A DNA stretch of 64,000 nucleotides from an uncultured Candidatus Saccharibacteria bacterium (GTDB taxonomy: Bacteria > Patescibacteriota > Minisyncoccia > Phycocordibacterales > GWA1-40-21): assembly GCA_964562105.1 (NCBI GenBank), contig CAZLRP010000002.1, forward strand, positions 19,222 through 83,221, given 5' to 3'. The position numbers and the translations under genes were made by a program. This document shows, piece by piece, positions 52,456 through 63,123 of this stretch (position 1 is the first letter of the stretch; the number at the start of each line of letters is the position of its first letter). Under the pieces are notes generated by a model that was given only the letters and a program-made list of their open reading frames with translations, was not told the DNA's origin and did not search any database.

Positions 52456-52852
52456 CTCTGATTTCTTCTATATCCTTTGAAATATGATCTATCTTAACCC
52501 TGACATTTGTGATTTCTTCTTCCTCTTTAGCTACCTCGGCTTCAGTTTTATCTGTTACTTTTTTTTCTTTTTTAATTCCAGAAATAATAACTCTTTCTCC
52601 AATAAGGTTTGATACAAAAAGACCTGTCATAAGTAAGATGAGCGAAGACCAAATTACTGTAACCGGTTCATAAAAAAACCAACCCAAAAAACCACCCCTT
52701 GCCATTAAAATATCGGCTGTATGCCATATTCCTCTCCATAAAAGAATAGTCCCCATCCCACCGACAAATGCGTATATTATTGATCTGTGGCTCAACCTTA
52801 TTCTTACTCTATCTTCAAGCTTGTCAAAATAACTTACTATCGATTTAAACAT
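52436..52852 (-). CDS. Small membrane protein with C-terminal coiled coil
   Basis: Two TM helices followed by a KE-rich helix. Confidence 0.4.
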   Translation of the reverse strand: MFKSIVSYFDKLEDRVRIRLSHRSIIYAFVGGMGTILLWRGIWHTADILMARGGFLGWFFYEPVTVIWSSLILLMTGLFVSNLIGERVIISGIKKEKKVTDKTEAEVAKEEEEITNVRVKIDHISKDIEEIRDDITKK

Positions 52853-52861
52853 ATGAATCTT

Positions 52862-53000
52862 GTCCGCACACCAACTCTATCATCGTTACATTGTGTTTAC
52901 AGTATCATTAAACGTCAACTTTTATTTACTAAGAAAATTTGCTTTTATTTTACAAATCTCCTTTAGCAACAAAAACACAATGATAGAGTTAGTGTGCGGA
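52862..53000. repeat. Family-A palindromic element copy 2 (about 139 bp)
   Basis: Left arm tccgcacaccaactctatcatcgttacattgtgtt; right 35 nt identical to copy 1. Ends about 10 nt before the start codon of gene 52436..52852. Confidence 0.7.
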
Positions 53001-53137
53001 TTAATTAAATTTAATAATGTAAGCATTATACACTAAAAACAATTAAAAAAAATGAGCTGTTTGTGAGTACACAACAGCCCAATGCAAAAGTATCAAAAGA
53101 TAGAAATATCGTTAAAAATCAACAGTTTTTATGATTC

Positions 53138-53431
53138 TTATAAGATAATTTTCTTTTTAAACGCTCTCCGTAATTTTATCTTTTTGTTTTTTATAGATTC
53201 AAGTTTTTTCTTATTAAATTTTTTATATTTGCAAACAGCATTAAGAACTTCTTCAATATCAGCAATTTCATCAATAGTTTCGTTATCTAAAAATTCTTTT
53301 ACTTCTTCAGTCAACTTATTTTTAAGTTTTTGCCAATATTCTTCATCACCAGCAATATGAAAACTGACTTTTTCACCTTTGCTTTTTATATATTCAGGAA
53401 TTTTGTCTCTTACTAATTTATTATATTTCAT
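53138..53431 (-). CDS. MazG-like nucleotide pyrophosphohydrolase (small, all-alpha)
   Basis: MKYNKLVRDKIPEYI ... EEVKEFLDNE...EIADIEEVLNAV. Confidence 0.55.
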   Translation of the reverse strand: MKYNKLVRDKIPEYIKSKGEKVSFHIAGDEEYWQKLKNKLTEEVKEFLDNETIDEIADIEEVLNAVCKYKKFNKKKLESIKNKKIKLRRAFKKKIIL

Positions 53432-53436
53432 AGATT

Positions 53437-53865
53437 TTATGCATCAAAATAAATTTTTTCCGTTTTATAACTCTCTACAGCAAATGCACAAGCTTCAAAT
53501 ATCGGCTCGGGTAATTTTTCTATATCATACCACTTCCACGGTTCCGATTTGTCAGGTTCTAACGTCTTTGGTTCCCCGCTTTCCCAATCGGCAATAAGTC
53601 CTATATGCACATAATGTTTGGGCGCATATTTTTTGAGATTCAATAAAAACTGAAAACGTATATTTTTAATATTAACCCCGCATTCTTCAGCAATTTCTCG
53701 CTTGGCACAATTTTCAAACGATTCCATATATTCAAGATGACCGCCAGGAGAAGCATATTCCCCTTCACCGTGCGACCCTTTTCTTTTTCCAAGCAAAACT
53801 TTTCCATTCTTAACAATCATTATGCCTATGCCAACTTTTGGTCTTTGCTCTTTATTATTTTCCAT
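53437..53865 (-). CDS. Nudix hydrolase
   Basis: GKRKGSHGEGEYASPGGHLEYMESFENCAKREIAEECGV, a Nudix box. Confidence 0.75.
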   Translation of the reverse strand: MENNKEQRPKVGIGIMIVKNGKVLLGKRKGSHGEGEYASPGGHLEYMESFENCAKREIAEECGVNIKNIRFQFLLNLKKYAPKHYVHIGLIADWESGEPKTLEPDKSEPWKWYDIEKLPEPIFEACAFAVESYKTEKIYFDA

Positions 53866-54379
53866 GACATTCTTTAAATCTTTTAGCACTACCACACGGA
53901 CACAAAGCATTATATATTTCAGTAAATTCTTTTATTAGCCATGAGCTAGATTGAACTTTCCCCCCTTTTCCAACACCAAAAACCATTCTGCACCCGATTT
54001 CTTCGCATACGGCAACCTCAGGAATATTACTTTTTACTCTATCTCCTCCATTTGCAAAAACATCCGGTTTAATTTTTCTAAGCTCCGTGCATATGCTCCT
54101 GTCGGCAGAATTTTTAGGGTGAGAGGTTACTACTACATCATCTACTCCTTTTATCGCCTTTATTATTTCTTTTCTCTCATGCTCCGACATAAATACATAT
54201 CCTTTCTTTTTTCTTAGCCAATTGTCATTATTCAAAATAACTATGAGTTTATCACCAAGTTTTTTTGCTTTTTGAATCATCCTTACATGTCCAATATGGA
54301 CAGGATCAAATCCCCCACTTACTGCAACAACTATTGATTTTTTCTTTCGTGTGTTTAAATTTTTAGATTTATTTGTCAT
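53855..54379 (-). CDS. Cytidylyl/adenylyltransferase-like protein (RfaE-II/HldE-like HxGH fold) with C-terminal SEC-C zinc motif
   Basis: VAVSGGFDPVHIGHVRMIQKAKKLGDKLIVILNND and a C-terminal CPCGSAKRFKECHGK. Confidence 0.65.
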   Translation of the reverse strand: MTNKSKNLNTRKKKSIVVAVSGGFDPVHIGHVRMIQKAKKLGDKLIVILNNDNWLRKKKGYVFMSEHERKEIIKAIKGVDDVVVTSHPKNSADRSICTELRKIKPDVFANGGDRVKSNIPEVAVCEEIGCRMVFGVGKGGKVQSSSWLIKEFTEIYNALCPCGSAKRFKECHGK

Positions 54380-54441
54380 GACAATATTTCAGTATCATTT
54401 TTGATTAAGAAATAATTATAAAAATAATTTCATATAATATT

Positions 54442-55062
54442 TCATATTTTTCTAACATCGTCTTTTATCATTTTGATAATTTCTGGAAATTTAGGCACAT
54501 CAAAATGTCCATTTTTACTTTTGTAGACAATAATATTAGCATTTTTTAACTTTTTTCTGTATTTATCGGCGTGAGAAACTGGAACAACATCATCATCTTT
54601 GGAGAACATCATGTATAAATTTTTACAATTCTTTTCGATTAAAGTTAAATCGCTCTTGAGCTTAAACCCTCCGACTAAATCTTCTGCACTCGAAGAGTTA
54701 TCAAAGGGGGCACAGATCAAATAAGTTGATAATGCTTTTTTGGATAATTTATTTTCAGACAAATATTTAGCTAGGAAAATTCCACCTAATGAACATCCAA
54801 TTAAAATGTCATTATTCTTAAGAAAAGGGATGTATTTTTCAAAATATATCTCCCACTCATCATACTTTGCATCTTCAGACAATGGCATTCTTGGCCTAAT
54901 AATTTTAAAGTTTTTACCCAATTCTTTCTCAAAATAATCAGCAGCCCAATTTACTCTCTTATCAACCGAAACTTTTTTGTTTTTTAAGTATTTTAAATAA
55001 TCCTTTTTGTTTTTAAAAGTCATTCCGCCGTGAACTATTAATATTTGTGTTTTCTTTTTCAT
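54442..55062 (-). CDS. Alpha/beta-hydrolase-fold serine esterase
   Basis: ILIVHGG ... GCSLGG nucleophile elbow ... C-terminal His region. Confidence 0.55.
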   Translation of the reverse strand: MKKKTQILIVHGGMTFKNKKDYLKYLKNKKVSVDKRVNWAADYFEKELGKNFKIIRPRMPLSEDAKYDEWEIYFEKYIPFLKNNDILIGCSLGGIFLAKYLSENKLSKKALSTYLICAPFDNSSSAEDLVGGFKLKSDLTLIEKNCKNLYMMFSKDDDVVPVSHADKYRKKLKNANIIVYKSKNGHFDVPKFPEIIKMIKDDVRKI

Positions 55063-55097
55063 ACTATTTTTACAAAATTTACAATTTTTCACTTCTA

Positions 55098-57611
55098 TTA
55101 CTCCTTGTGATGTGAAGCGTTTATCATTCCACATTGCTTATATTTGTAAATGTTACCAGTATTCGGATTTATCGCCCCGCAAGGACAAGGATCATTTCTT
55201 CCAACTTCATTTTTATTTTTTACTGAAGCCACTGCAGAATTATCGGATTTCCCTTCTCCTCCAGCCATTTTCATACCTTTTTGGGTTTCTTTAAGTTTTT
55301 CTTCTTCGGCTTGAAATGCTCCTGCGCCAATATGTGGTAATAGACTTATTACTTGAGCATTTATAGCTACCTGCATTTCTTTAAACAAACTTAAGCCCTC
55401 TCTTTTATATTCCACGAGAGGATCTCTTTGCCCATAGCCTCGGAGATTTACTGAACCGCGAAGATAATCCATCATTTCAAGATGATCCACCCAAAACATA
55501 TCTATCGCTTGAAGCATTATTATTCTCGCAATTCTATAAAATTCCTCTTCTCCCAAAACAGAAATTTTTTCCGCGATTATTTTTCTAGAATTTTCGTCTT
55601 CTGCAATTTCCGCCAATTTTTCTTTAACTGCTTCCATTCCGCCGTTTAAAATCTTTCTTCTTCGCTCATATACAGTGATTCTTTGGAAATTTAGGACGTC
55701 ATCATATTCCAAAACATGTTTTCTGGCGTCAAAATTAAAACCTTCTATTTTAGTCTGCGCGCTTTCAAGAGATCTCGTAACAAGAGAATTTTCTATTGGT
55801 TGGTCTTCAGGAATGCCAAATCTATTCATCATTCTTTTGACGCTATCATTTGCAAAAATTCTCATCAAAGAATCTTCGAGAGAAACAAAAAAACGAGTTT
55901 CTCCGGGATCACCTTGTCTTCCGGATCTTCCGCGAAGCTGATTGTCTATTCTTCTTGCGTCATGCCTTTCTGTTCCAAAAACCGCCAACCCTCCGAGAGA
56001 TTTTACTTTTTCATATTCTTCTTTATTAAATTGCGCCCCTCCAAGCTTGATGTCTACTCCTCTTCCGGCCATATTTGTAGCTACGGTAACAGTTCCAAAT
56101 TTTCCCGCTTCTGCAACAATTTCTCCTTCCTTCTCGTGATTTTTAGCATTCAAAACATTATGAGGAACTCCTTCTCTTTTTAAAAATTCAGAGAGCACTT
56201 CGTTTTTTTCAATTGAAACAGTACCAATAAGCACCGGTTGTCCAGCCTTATTTTTTTCTTTTACCATTTTAGCCAGTGCTTTAAATTTTCCTTGTTCCGT
56301 TTGAAAAATTAAATCGTTAAGATCTTTTCTTTTGCTTGGCACATTTGTAGGAACAGGAATAGTGTCCATGTGATATACTTTAAAAAATTCTTCTGATGAG
56401 GTAAGAGCGGTTCCCGTCATACCAGAAAGTTTTTTATACATCCTGAAATAATTTTGGTATGTGATGGAAGCATAAGTTCTGGATTCCTTTTGAATTTTTA
56501 CTCCTTCTTTTGATTCAATGGCCTGATGAAGACCTTCGGACCATCTTCTTCCGGGCTGAAGTCTTCCTGTGAATTCATCCACTATGATTATTTCCCCTTC
56601 TTTTACGACATAATCTTTATTTATTTCATAAAGGGCTTTTGCTCGAGTGGCAGTTTCCAAATGATGGACATATCTGATTCCTCCCTCTGTATAAATATTT
56701 TCTACATCGAGAGATTTTTCGGCTTTATTTATTCCAGCATCTGTAAGCTGTATCGCTTTATGTTTTTCATCAACTGTATAATCAACATCCTTCACAAATT
56801 CTCTGACAATTTTTGTAAAAACATCATAAAGACTTCCGGAATCTGCTGATGGGGCTGAAATGATAAGCGGGGTTCTGGCTTCATCTATAAGTATGGAGTC
56901 AACTTCATCAACAATCGCAAAATTGTATCCTCTCTGCCTGAGATCATCAACATTGTATTCAATGTTGTCTCTCAAATAATCAAAACCGAATTCGCTATTT
57001 GTTCCATAAGTAATATCAGCCTTATATGCCTCTCTTCTTGAACATGGTTTTAAAAATTCGTGAATAACTTTAAAAGAACCCAGTTCATCTCTCTCTTCGT
57101 CTTTTTCAACATGTGTTGGATCATATAAAAATGAAGCTTCGTGATTTAAAATTCCAACAGATAAACCTAGTGCATTATAAATCTGGCCCATCCATGTAGC
57201 ATCTCTTCTTGAAAGATAATCATTTACCGTAACGATATGAACGCCATCTCCGCTTATGGCATTCAGATAAGCAGGCAAAGTAGCGACAAGAGTTTTTCCC
57301 TCCCCCGTCTTCATTTCTGAAATATTTCCTCTATGTAAAATAATTCCGCCTACAAGCTGAACATCAAAATGCCTTTGACCGAGAGTTCTTTTTGAAGCCT
57401 CACGAACAACGGCAAAGGCTTCCGGCAAAATTGAATCCGTGCTTTCTCCTTTCTCTAATCTGGCTTTAAATTCTAATGTTTTATTTTTAAGTTGCTCATT
57501 GGTAAGCACCTTCAAACTAGCCTCAATAGAGCCAATATTCTTGACAATTGGTTCTAAAATCTTTATAAATTTGGAGTGTCTATTTCCAAAAATTTTGCTT
57601 AAAAATGACAT
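55098..57611 (-). CDS. secA: Preprotein translocase ATPase SecA
   Basis: DEAD motor, PPXD, C-terminal zinc-finger-like CPCG...C..H. Start taken at MSFLSKIFG. Confidence 0.9.
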   Translation of the reverse strand: MSFLSKIFGNRHSKFIKILEPIVKNIGSIEASLKVLTNEQLKNKTLEFKARLEKGESTDSILPEAFAVVREASKRTLGQRHFDVQLVGGIILHRGNISEMKTGEGKTLVATLPAYLNAISGDGVHIVTVNDYLSRRDATWMGQIYNALGLSVGILNHEASFLYDPTHVEKDEERDELGSFKVIHEFLKPCSRREAYKADITYGTNSEFGFDYLRDNIEYNVDDLRQRGYNFAIVDEVDSILIDEARTPLIISAPSADSGSLYDVFTKIVREFVKDVDYTVDEKHKAIQLTDAGINKAEKSLDVENIYTEGGIRYVHHLETATRAKALYEINKDYVVKEGEIIIVDEFTGRLQPGRRWSEGLHQAIESKEGVKIQKESRTYASITYQNYFRMYKKLSGMTGTALTSSEEFFKVYHMDTIPVPTNVPSKRKDLNDLIFQTEQGKFKALAKMVKEKNKAGQPVLIGTVSIEKNEVLSEFLKREGVPHNVLNAKNHEKEGEIVAEAGKFGTVTVATNMAGRGVDIKLGGAQFNKEEYEKVKSLGGLAVFGTERHDARRIDNQLRGRSGRQGDPGETRFFVSLEDSLMRIFANDSVKRMMNRFGIPEDQPIENSLVTRSLESAQTKIEGFNFDARKHVLEYDDVLNFQRITVYERRRKILNGGMEAVKEKLAEIAEDENSRKIIAEKISVLGEEEFYRIARIIMLQAIDMFWVDHLEMMDYLRGSVNLRGYGQRDPLVEYKREGLSLFKEMQVAINAQVISLLPHIGAGAFQAEEEKLKETQKGMKMAGGEGKSDNSAVASVKNKNEVGRNDPCPCGAINPNTGNIYKYKQCGMINASHHKE

Positions 57612-57769
57612 CCCGTACGAAATAGGACGCGGACAAAGATATCTCTCTGCCAACCTTCTACTTCAAAATTAACTAATAAAATTAACTCTTTTTACCCGGT
57701 TCCGAATTTCGCGTCCGCGATTTCGTACGGGACAATAAAATACATAATAGCATAAATTAAATAATATAA

Positions 57770-57800
57770 AACGGCGCGTCCAAAGGACGCGCCGTTTCAA
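57770..57800. terminator. Perfect 13-bp-stem hairpin aaacggcgcgtcc-aaa-ggacgcgccgttt
   Basis: GC-rich stem with A/T flanks in the long secA upstream intergenic region. Confidence 0.45.
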
Positions 57801-57958
57801 GAAAGTTAACGGAGATTGGTCTTCAAAGCTGTAACCTGCCTGCGCAAGCAGGTCAGCTAAGAAAAGCAAGTTGTGTTTAGTATTTGTGGTGACAAATTCA
57901 TATACCGTAAAGAAAATCTGACATTTTAAAACCGCCCTAAAGCGGTTTTAAAATTTTC

Positions 57959-58015
57959 TTATCTTCGCTTCTTTGATTTCTTTGCTTTCTTCTTTGCTTT
58001 CTTTTTCTTTGCCAT
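57959..58015 (-). CDS. Candidate micro-ORF encoding the poly-Lys peptide MAKKKKAKKKAKKSKKRR (18 aa); speculative
   Basis: ATG...TGA on the minus strand immediately followed by the hairpin aaaaccgctttagggcggtttt (57931-57952). No clear SD. Confidence 0.2.
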   Translation of the reverse strand: MAKKKKAKKKAKKSKKRR

Positions 58016-58313
58016 TTTTTTGTGTTCCGGATCAAGGAGACTCGTACAATGTAATCCGGAAAAATTATTTTGTTTCTAAATAGTAGTTTATCGACAAAAG
58101 TTTTAAAAAACTTTAAACCTACTGCTACCTATAATTTTACAACTAATTAAAATTAATACAATAGTTTTTGAGCTGTTGATAACTTTTTTTAAAAATATTT
58201 TTCTAAATATTTTTTACCTCGGCACTATTTTTAAAAATAATTTCAAATTTATAAGTCCATTCTTATTATTTACCTCACAAAAAGCATTTTATTCATTAAA
58301 TTACACGAAACAA

Positions 58314-58345
58314 AAAACGATTTCGCTTTGCGAAATCGTTTTTTG
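58314..58345. terminator. Hairpin aaaacgatttcgc-tttgcgaaatcgtttt
   Basis: Perfect stem with A/T flanks, 3' of gene 58408..60516. Confidence 0.5.
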
Positions 58346-58407
58346 TATTTTTATTTACCTGAAAACCTTGTAAAGAATTTTGACTTAAAAAAATAATACT
58401 TTTTATT

Positions 58408-60516
58408 TTAATCTCCATTCAAGATATTTTTTATAATCGTTTCTCCCTGCGTTTTAAAACTTGGATTTATATTTATTGCTTTTTGCACTTCAGCTATAGC
58501 AGAACCTTTGTCTCCTTTTTGCACAAAAATCTGCGCATTTATAAGATAAGCTCTAACAATGTTTTGGTCCGTGGTCGTAGCGCTTCCTATAAGCTGTAAT
58601 GCTTTAGATTCTTGATTATTTACGATAAGCGCAGCGGCGTAACTCATTCTTCCGTCAACATACTCCGGAACTAAATCATACGCGGTTTTAGCCATTTGAA
58701 GAGCTTCTGTTTTTTGTCCTAAGTAAGCATAACATCTCGCGAGTTCAAACATCATGGTTAATTTATTGGGAGAAAGTTCTACTGCTTTTTGAAGATAAGG
58801 CAAAGCTGTCTCATATTGACCCATATTTTCCAAAAAGATTCCCATAAAAAATTGATATCGCGCATCATTAGGAGTTTGTTTTAGTTGTTCCTGCATTTCT
58901 GCATAAGCAAGATCTGCAAATTCTTGCCTGATTTTTATATCTATACTGGTAGCAGACACGATAGACGGAACAACATTGATTAATTGTTCCCTTGCTTCCG
59001 AACTCCCGAAAGTATTTGCAGAAAAAACTTTCTTATAATAAGTTAAGGATGTTTCTGGGGACTGATTAAGAGATCCCAGAGCTTTTATAAGATTTTTATT
59101 CGCATTTATCGGCTTAATATTGCAATACCAAAGCATCGCTCCCAAGACTATAACAGCAATTGGGATAACGACATAGTTTGCAATATCGTCTGTTATTATT
59201 CTCTTATCGGTAGAGTCTTCTTTCGTATCTCTCGAATAAAGATATGCAAGAACCACATAAAAAAATATGTAGCTTATCAAATTATCAAACACAAAAAGGC
59301 TCTGTGCAAAATATGCCGCAAGCAATCCTACAATTAAACCAACTTCAGTAACTCCAAAACCATTTTTCTTTCTTTTAACAACAAATAAAGAAGAAATAAA
59401 AATTGAAAGATATGTTATAAGTCCAAGAGCTCCTCCTGCAACAAGCACATCTAAAGGAGTACTGTGTGCTCTGTCAAACCATTGTTCTTGATTATACATT
59501 CTATAATCATAATATTTATTAAACACATTATTGAATCCTTCGTTTCCCCAACCCAATATTGGTCTTTCTTGAAAACCTTTCAAAGCCATTGGCCATACAT
59601 ATTGTCTAGCCTGACCTTGTCCGTTGACGTCCTTCCATGAAATTGCCGCTAACCTGCTTAAAGTAACATTGTTTTTTACAAACTGAGTATTTTTTACCGC
59701 AAAGAATCCTCCTATAAGCAAAGCGATAACAACAAGTGTACCTATGGAGCATTTTTTTATTAATTTGTTTTTATTTTCAAATATAGCGATTATTGTTGCC
59801 GTTACTATCAAACCTCCAAGCAAGCCTAGTATTACCCCTCTAGTAGATGTTCTCCATATACCAAAAAAATAAATAAAAGTAGCTACAGAATATGCATAAG
59901 TAAGCCAATTACTAAAAATAGTTTCTACTGGTTTTGCCTCATTTTCACTTTTTGCTATGACATCTTTATATAGAAGAATTAAAGCAAAGAAAAAATTAAA
60001 CATAAAAAACACAGCGACATAAATGGGATTGCCAAGAGTCACTGAAACTCTGGATGTTCCCGTTTTATTCCATTCCTGTATAACAGGTATTATCATAATA
60101 ATACTTGTAATAACTGATGATCTGAAAAACCAAAGCCAGATTTTTTCTGTTTTCATTACAGAACCAAATACAAGCAAATACATAATTAAATGCAGGAGAG
60201 TAATAAAACCATCCATTCTTTCAAAATTGCTCCAAATCGCTTTTGCTGGATTTACGGCAAAAATATCGGCTATAGCCATGATTAGAACAAATGCTCCTAC
60301 AGAAACCGCTACCCAAGAAAACTTCGGCCTATATTTCGCATCTACAAAAGCCAAATAAACCCAAAGCGCAAAAATAATTTCTATTATTATTCTAAATACA
60401 AAATTTTTCCCTGTAATATACGGAAAGAACATACTTTGCGCCACAAAGAAAGGAATGAGAAGAATTGCCCAAAGACCCGTCATTATTGTCCATTTTAATA
60501 TACTATTTTTGTTCAT
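58408..60516 (-). CDS. O-antigen-ligase-like polytopic membrane protein with C-terminal TPR repeats
   Basis: About 12 TM helices in the N-terminal 450 aa. C-terminal TPR-like repeats (AYLGQKTEALQMAKTAYDLVPEY...). Confidence 0.65.
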   Translation of the reverse strand: MNKNSILKWTIMTGLWAILLIPFFVAQSMFFPYITGKNFVFRIIIEIIFALWVYLAFVDAKYRPKFSWVAVSVGAFVLIMAIADIFAVNPAKAIWSNFERMDGFITLLHLIMYLLVFGSVMKTEKIWLWFFRSSVITSIIMIIPVIQEWNKTGTSRVSVTLGNPIYVAVFFMFNFFFALILLYKDVIAKSENEAKPVETIFSNWLTYAYSVATFIYFFGIWRTSTRGVILGLLGGLIVTATIIAIFENKNKLIKKCSIGTLVVIALLIGGFFAVKNTQFVKNNVTLSRLAAISWKDVNGQGQARQYVWPMALKGFQERPILGWGNEGFNNVFNKYYDYRMYNQEQWFDRAHSTPLDVLVAGGALGLITYLSIFISSLFVVKRKKNGFGVTEVGLIVGLLAAYFAQSLFVFDNLISYIFFYVVLAYLYSRDTKEDSTDKRIITDDIANYVVIPIAVIVLGAMLWYCNIKPINANKNLIKALGSLNQSPETSLTYYKKVFSANTFGSSEAREQLINVVPSIVSATSIDIKIRQEFADLAYAEMQEQLKQTPNDARYQFFMGIFLENMGQYETALPYLQKAVELSPNKLTMMFELARCYAYLGQKTEALQMAKTAYDLVPEYVDGRMSYAAALIVNNQESKALQLIGSATTTDQNIVRAYLINAQIFVQKGDKGSAIAEVQKAININPSFKTQGETIIKNILNGD

Positions 60517-60625
60517 TGATTGATTTATATTAATTTTTAATACCTGCGATTATAGCATAAAAGACGATAAGTAACTATTTAATCGGCAGGTTTTATTTTT
60601 CATTTAAAAATGCTAGTATGAGGGA

Positions 60626-61666
60626 ATGAAAAAAATAAAAAAGGCCCTTATAACAGGAATTACAGGCCAAGATGGCTCTTATTTAGCTGAACTCTTACTA
60701 GAAAAAGGATACGATGTGCATGGAATAATCAGAAGAAGTTCATCTTTTAATACATCAAGAATAGACCATATCTACAAAGATCTTCATATTAAAGGAAATA
60801 AACTATTTTTACATTTTGGAGATCTTTCCGATTCAAGTAATATATCCAGGCTTATAGAAAAAATTAAACCGGACGAAATATATAACCTCGGCGCTCAAAG
60901 CCACGTAAGAGTAAGTTTTGATATACCGGAATATACGGCAGATGTTGTTGGACTTGGCGCTCTTAGAATCCTAGACGCCATAAAAGACACCAGGATAAAA
61001 ACAAAATTCTATCAAGCTTCTTCTTCCGAAATGTTTGGTGAAGTTGAAGAAATTCCACAAAAAGAAACTACCCCATTCCACCCCCGTTCGCCTTATGGCT
61101 GTGCGAAAGTTTTTGCTTATTGGATAACAAGAAATTACAGAGAAAGCTACGGAATATTTGCTTGCAATGGAATTCTTTTCAACCATGAGGGTCCGAGAAG
61201 AGGTTCAACTTTTGTAACCAAAAAAATTACCGAGGGTCTAGTTAAAATAAAACTAGGAAAACAGGACAGACTTTACCTTGGAAATCTTGAAGCAAAAAGA
61301 GATTGGGGTCATGCCAAAGATTATGTGGAAGGAATGTGGCTTATGATGCAAGCGAAAAAACCTGGAGATTATATTTTGGCAACAAATGAAACGCATAGTG
61401 TAAGAGAATTTATTGAAGAATCAGCCAAAGTGCTTGGTATGGATATAAAATGGACAGGTTCCGGAGTAAACGAAAAAGGAATTGATAAAAAAACCGGAAA
61501 AACAATCATAGAAATAGACCCTAAATATTTCAGGCCTGCGGAAGTAGATTTACTTCTCGGAGATAATTCCAAAGCCAAAAAAGAGCTTGGCTGGAAACCA
61601 AAAACGTCTTTTAAAGAATTGGTCAAATCGATGGTTGAATCGGACTTAAAAAAAGAAAGAAAGTAA
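60626..61666 (+). CDS. gmd: GDP-mannose 4,6-dehydratase
   Basis: [23 protein letters not shown]; SDR with catalytic Y..K. Confidence 0.9.
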   Translation: MKKIKKALITGITGQDGSYLAELLLEKGYDVHGIIRRSSSFNTSRIDHIYKDLHIKGNKLFLHFGDLSDSSNISRLIEKIKPDEIYNLGAQSHVRVSFDIPEYTADVVGLGALRILDAIKDTRIKTKFYQASSSEMFGEVEEIPQKETTPFHPRSPYGCAKVFAYWITRNYRESYGIFACNGILFNHEGPRRGSTFVTKKITEGLVKIKLGKQDRLYLGNLEAKRDWGHAKDYVEGMWLMMQAKKPGDYILATNETHSVREFIEESAKVLGMDIKWTGSGVNEKGIDKKTGKTIIEIDPKYFRPAEVDLLLGDNSKAKKELGWKPKTSFKELVKSMVESDLKKERK

Positions 61667-61669
61667 ATT

Positions 61670-62152
61670 ATGAAAACCGAAAAAGATTTGGCTCCTAGAA
61701 AAATATACAAAATATTGATGAAAAATGGTCCAATTAGTTGTGTAGATGTGGTTTTTTTAAACAAGAAAAAAGATAAGATTCTTCTTTTTAAAAGGAATAA
61801 CGATCCGGTAAAAGGAATATATTATACGACAGGCGGACGTTTACTTAAGGAGGAGACACTCCTTGAATGCGCTGTGAGACAAGCAAAGCGTGAGGCTGGT
61901 CTTATTATTAATCCCAAAAAAGTTACTTTCGCAGGAATTATACAAGAGAATAATGAAAGTTCAATTTTTAAAGGAATATCATACCATGGCGTTGTTATTT
62001 TTTATGGTTACATTTTGAAAAATAAAAATGTAAAAATAAAACTGGATGAACAGCACAGTGATTGCAAATGGTTTAGCATCAAAGATAAAAGTATACATCC
62101 AAAAGTCAGGGAAAGAATAAAACAGGTATTATTAGCTTTTAATAAAAAATGA
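61670..62152 (+). CDS. gmm: GDP-mannose mannosyl hydrolase-like Nudix protein
   Basis: Nudix box [24 protein letters not shown]. Located between gmd and fcl. Confidence 0.7.
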   Translation: MKTEKDLAPRKIYKILMKNGPISCVDVVFLNKKKDKILLFKRNNDPVKGIYYTTGGRLLKEETLLECAVRQAKREAGLIINPKKVTFAGIIQENNESSIFKGISYHGVVIFYGYILKNKNVKIKLDEQHSDCKWFSIKDKSIHPKVRERIKQVLLAFNKK

Positions 62153-62153
62153 T

Positions 62154-63101
62154 ATGCCCAAAAAAACGGATTTAAAAAATAAGAAAATATTGGTCACAGG
62201 GGGAGCCGGATTCCTCGGTTCGTTTGTTGTGGAAAAACTTTTGGCAGAAGGAATACCAGCAAAAAATATTTTTGTGCCAAGGTCATGTGACTATGATTTG
62301 AAGAAACTGGAACATGCCCAAAAGGTTTTGGAAGATATGCATGTTGTTATACATCTTGCAGCCAAAGTCGGCGGGATCGGCTTCAATCGAGAGCATCCGG
62401 GACAACTTTATTATGACAATTTAATCATGGGCGCCCAACTTATGGAAGAAGCCAGAAAACAAAAAATAGAAAAATTTGTTGCCATTGGTACAATATGTGC
62501 TTATCCAAAATTCACCCCTACTCCATTCAAAGAAGAAGATTTGTGGATTGGATATCCTGAAGAAACAAATGCTCCGTATGGCCTTGCTAAAAAAATGATG
62601 CTTGTGCAGTCTCAAGCGTATAGGAATGAGTATGGTTTTAATTCAATATACTTATTGCCGGTAAACCTATACGGGCCAAGAGATAATTTTAATCCGAACT
62701 CAAGCCATGTAATCCCCGCTCTTATTAAAAAAGTCATAGAAGCAAAAGAAAAAAATGCTCCATATGTAGAAGTTTGGGGCACAGGAAAAGCAACAAGAGA
62801 ATTTTTATACGTGGAAGACGCGGCAGAAGCGATTGTATTGGCTACAAAAAAATATGATGGGCATGAACCAGTTAATATTGGTTCTGGAATGGAAATTTCC
62901 ATAAAAAATCTAATCAAAATAATCTGCGAAATAGTCGGTTATAAAGGGAAAATAAAATGGGATATAACCAAGCCAGACGGTCAGCCAAAACGAAAACTAC
63001 ATGTGGGACGAGCAAAAAAAGAATTCGGCTTCAAAGCAAAAACAAATTTTAAAAAAGGCTTGAAAAAAACTATTGAGTGGTATCTGGCAAATAGAAAATA
63101 A
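62154..63101 (+). CDS. fcl: GDP-L-fucose synthase (GDP-4-keto-6-deoxymannose 3,5-epimerase/4-reductase)
   Basis: [12 protein letters not shown]; SDR. Confidence 0.9.
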   Translation: MPKKTDLKNKKILVTGGAGFLGSFVVEKLLAEGIPAKNIFVPRSCDYDLKKLEHAQKVLEDMHVVIHLAAKVGGIGFNREHPGQLYYDNLIMGAQLMEEARKQKIEKFVAIGTICAYPKFTPTPFKEEDLWIGYPEETNAPYGLAKKMMLVQSQAYRNEYGFNSIYLLPVNLYGPRDNFNPNSSHVIPALIKKVIEAKEKNAPYVEVWGTGKATREFLYVEDAAEAIVLATKKYDGHEPVNIGSGMEISIKNLIKIICEIVGYKGKIKWDITKPDGQPKRKLHVGRAKKEFGFKAKTNFKKGLKKTIEWYLANRK

Positions 63102-63123
63102 AAATTCCGTTTATTTCATTTCA

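Noticed and set aside
57669-57869. 66-aa minus-strand ORF in the secA upstream region
   Set aside because: Overlaps several perfect hairpins, has an Arg-rich odd composition and no SD. More likely non-coding.
58036-58048. SD-ATG-TAA start-stop micro-ORF on the plus strand (aaggagactcgtacaATGTAA)
   Set aside because: Could be a coincidence of 9 nt; no supporting context.
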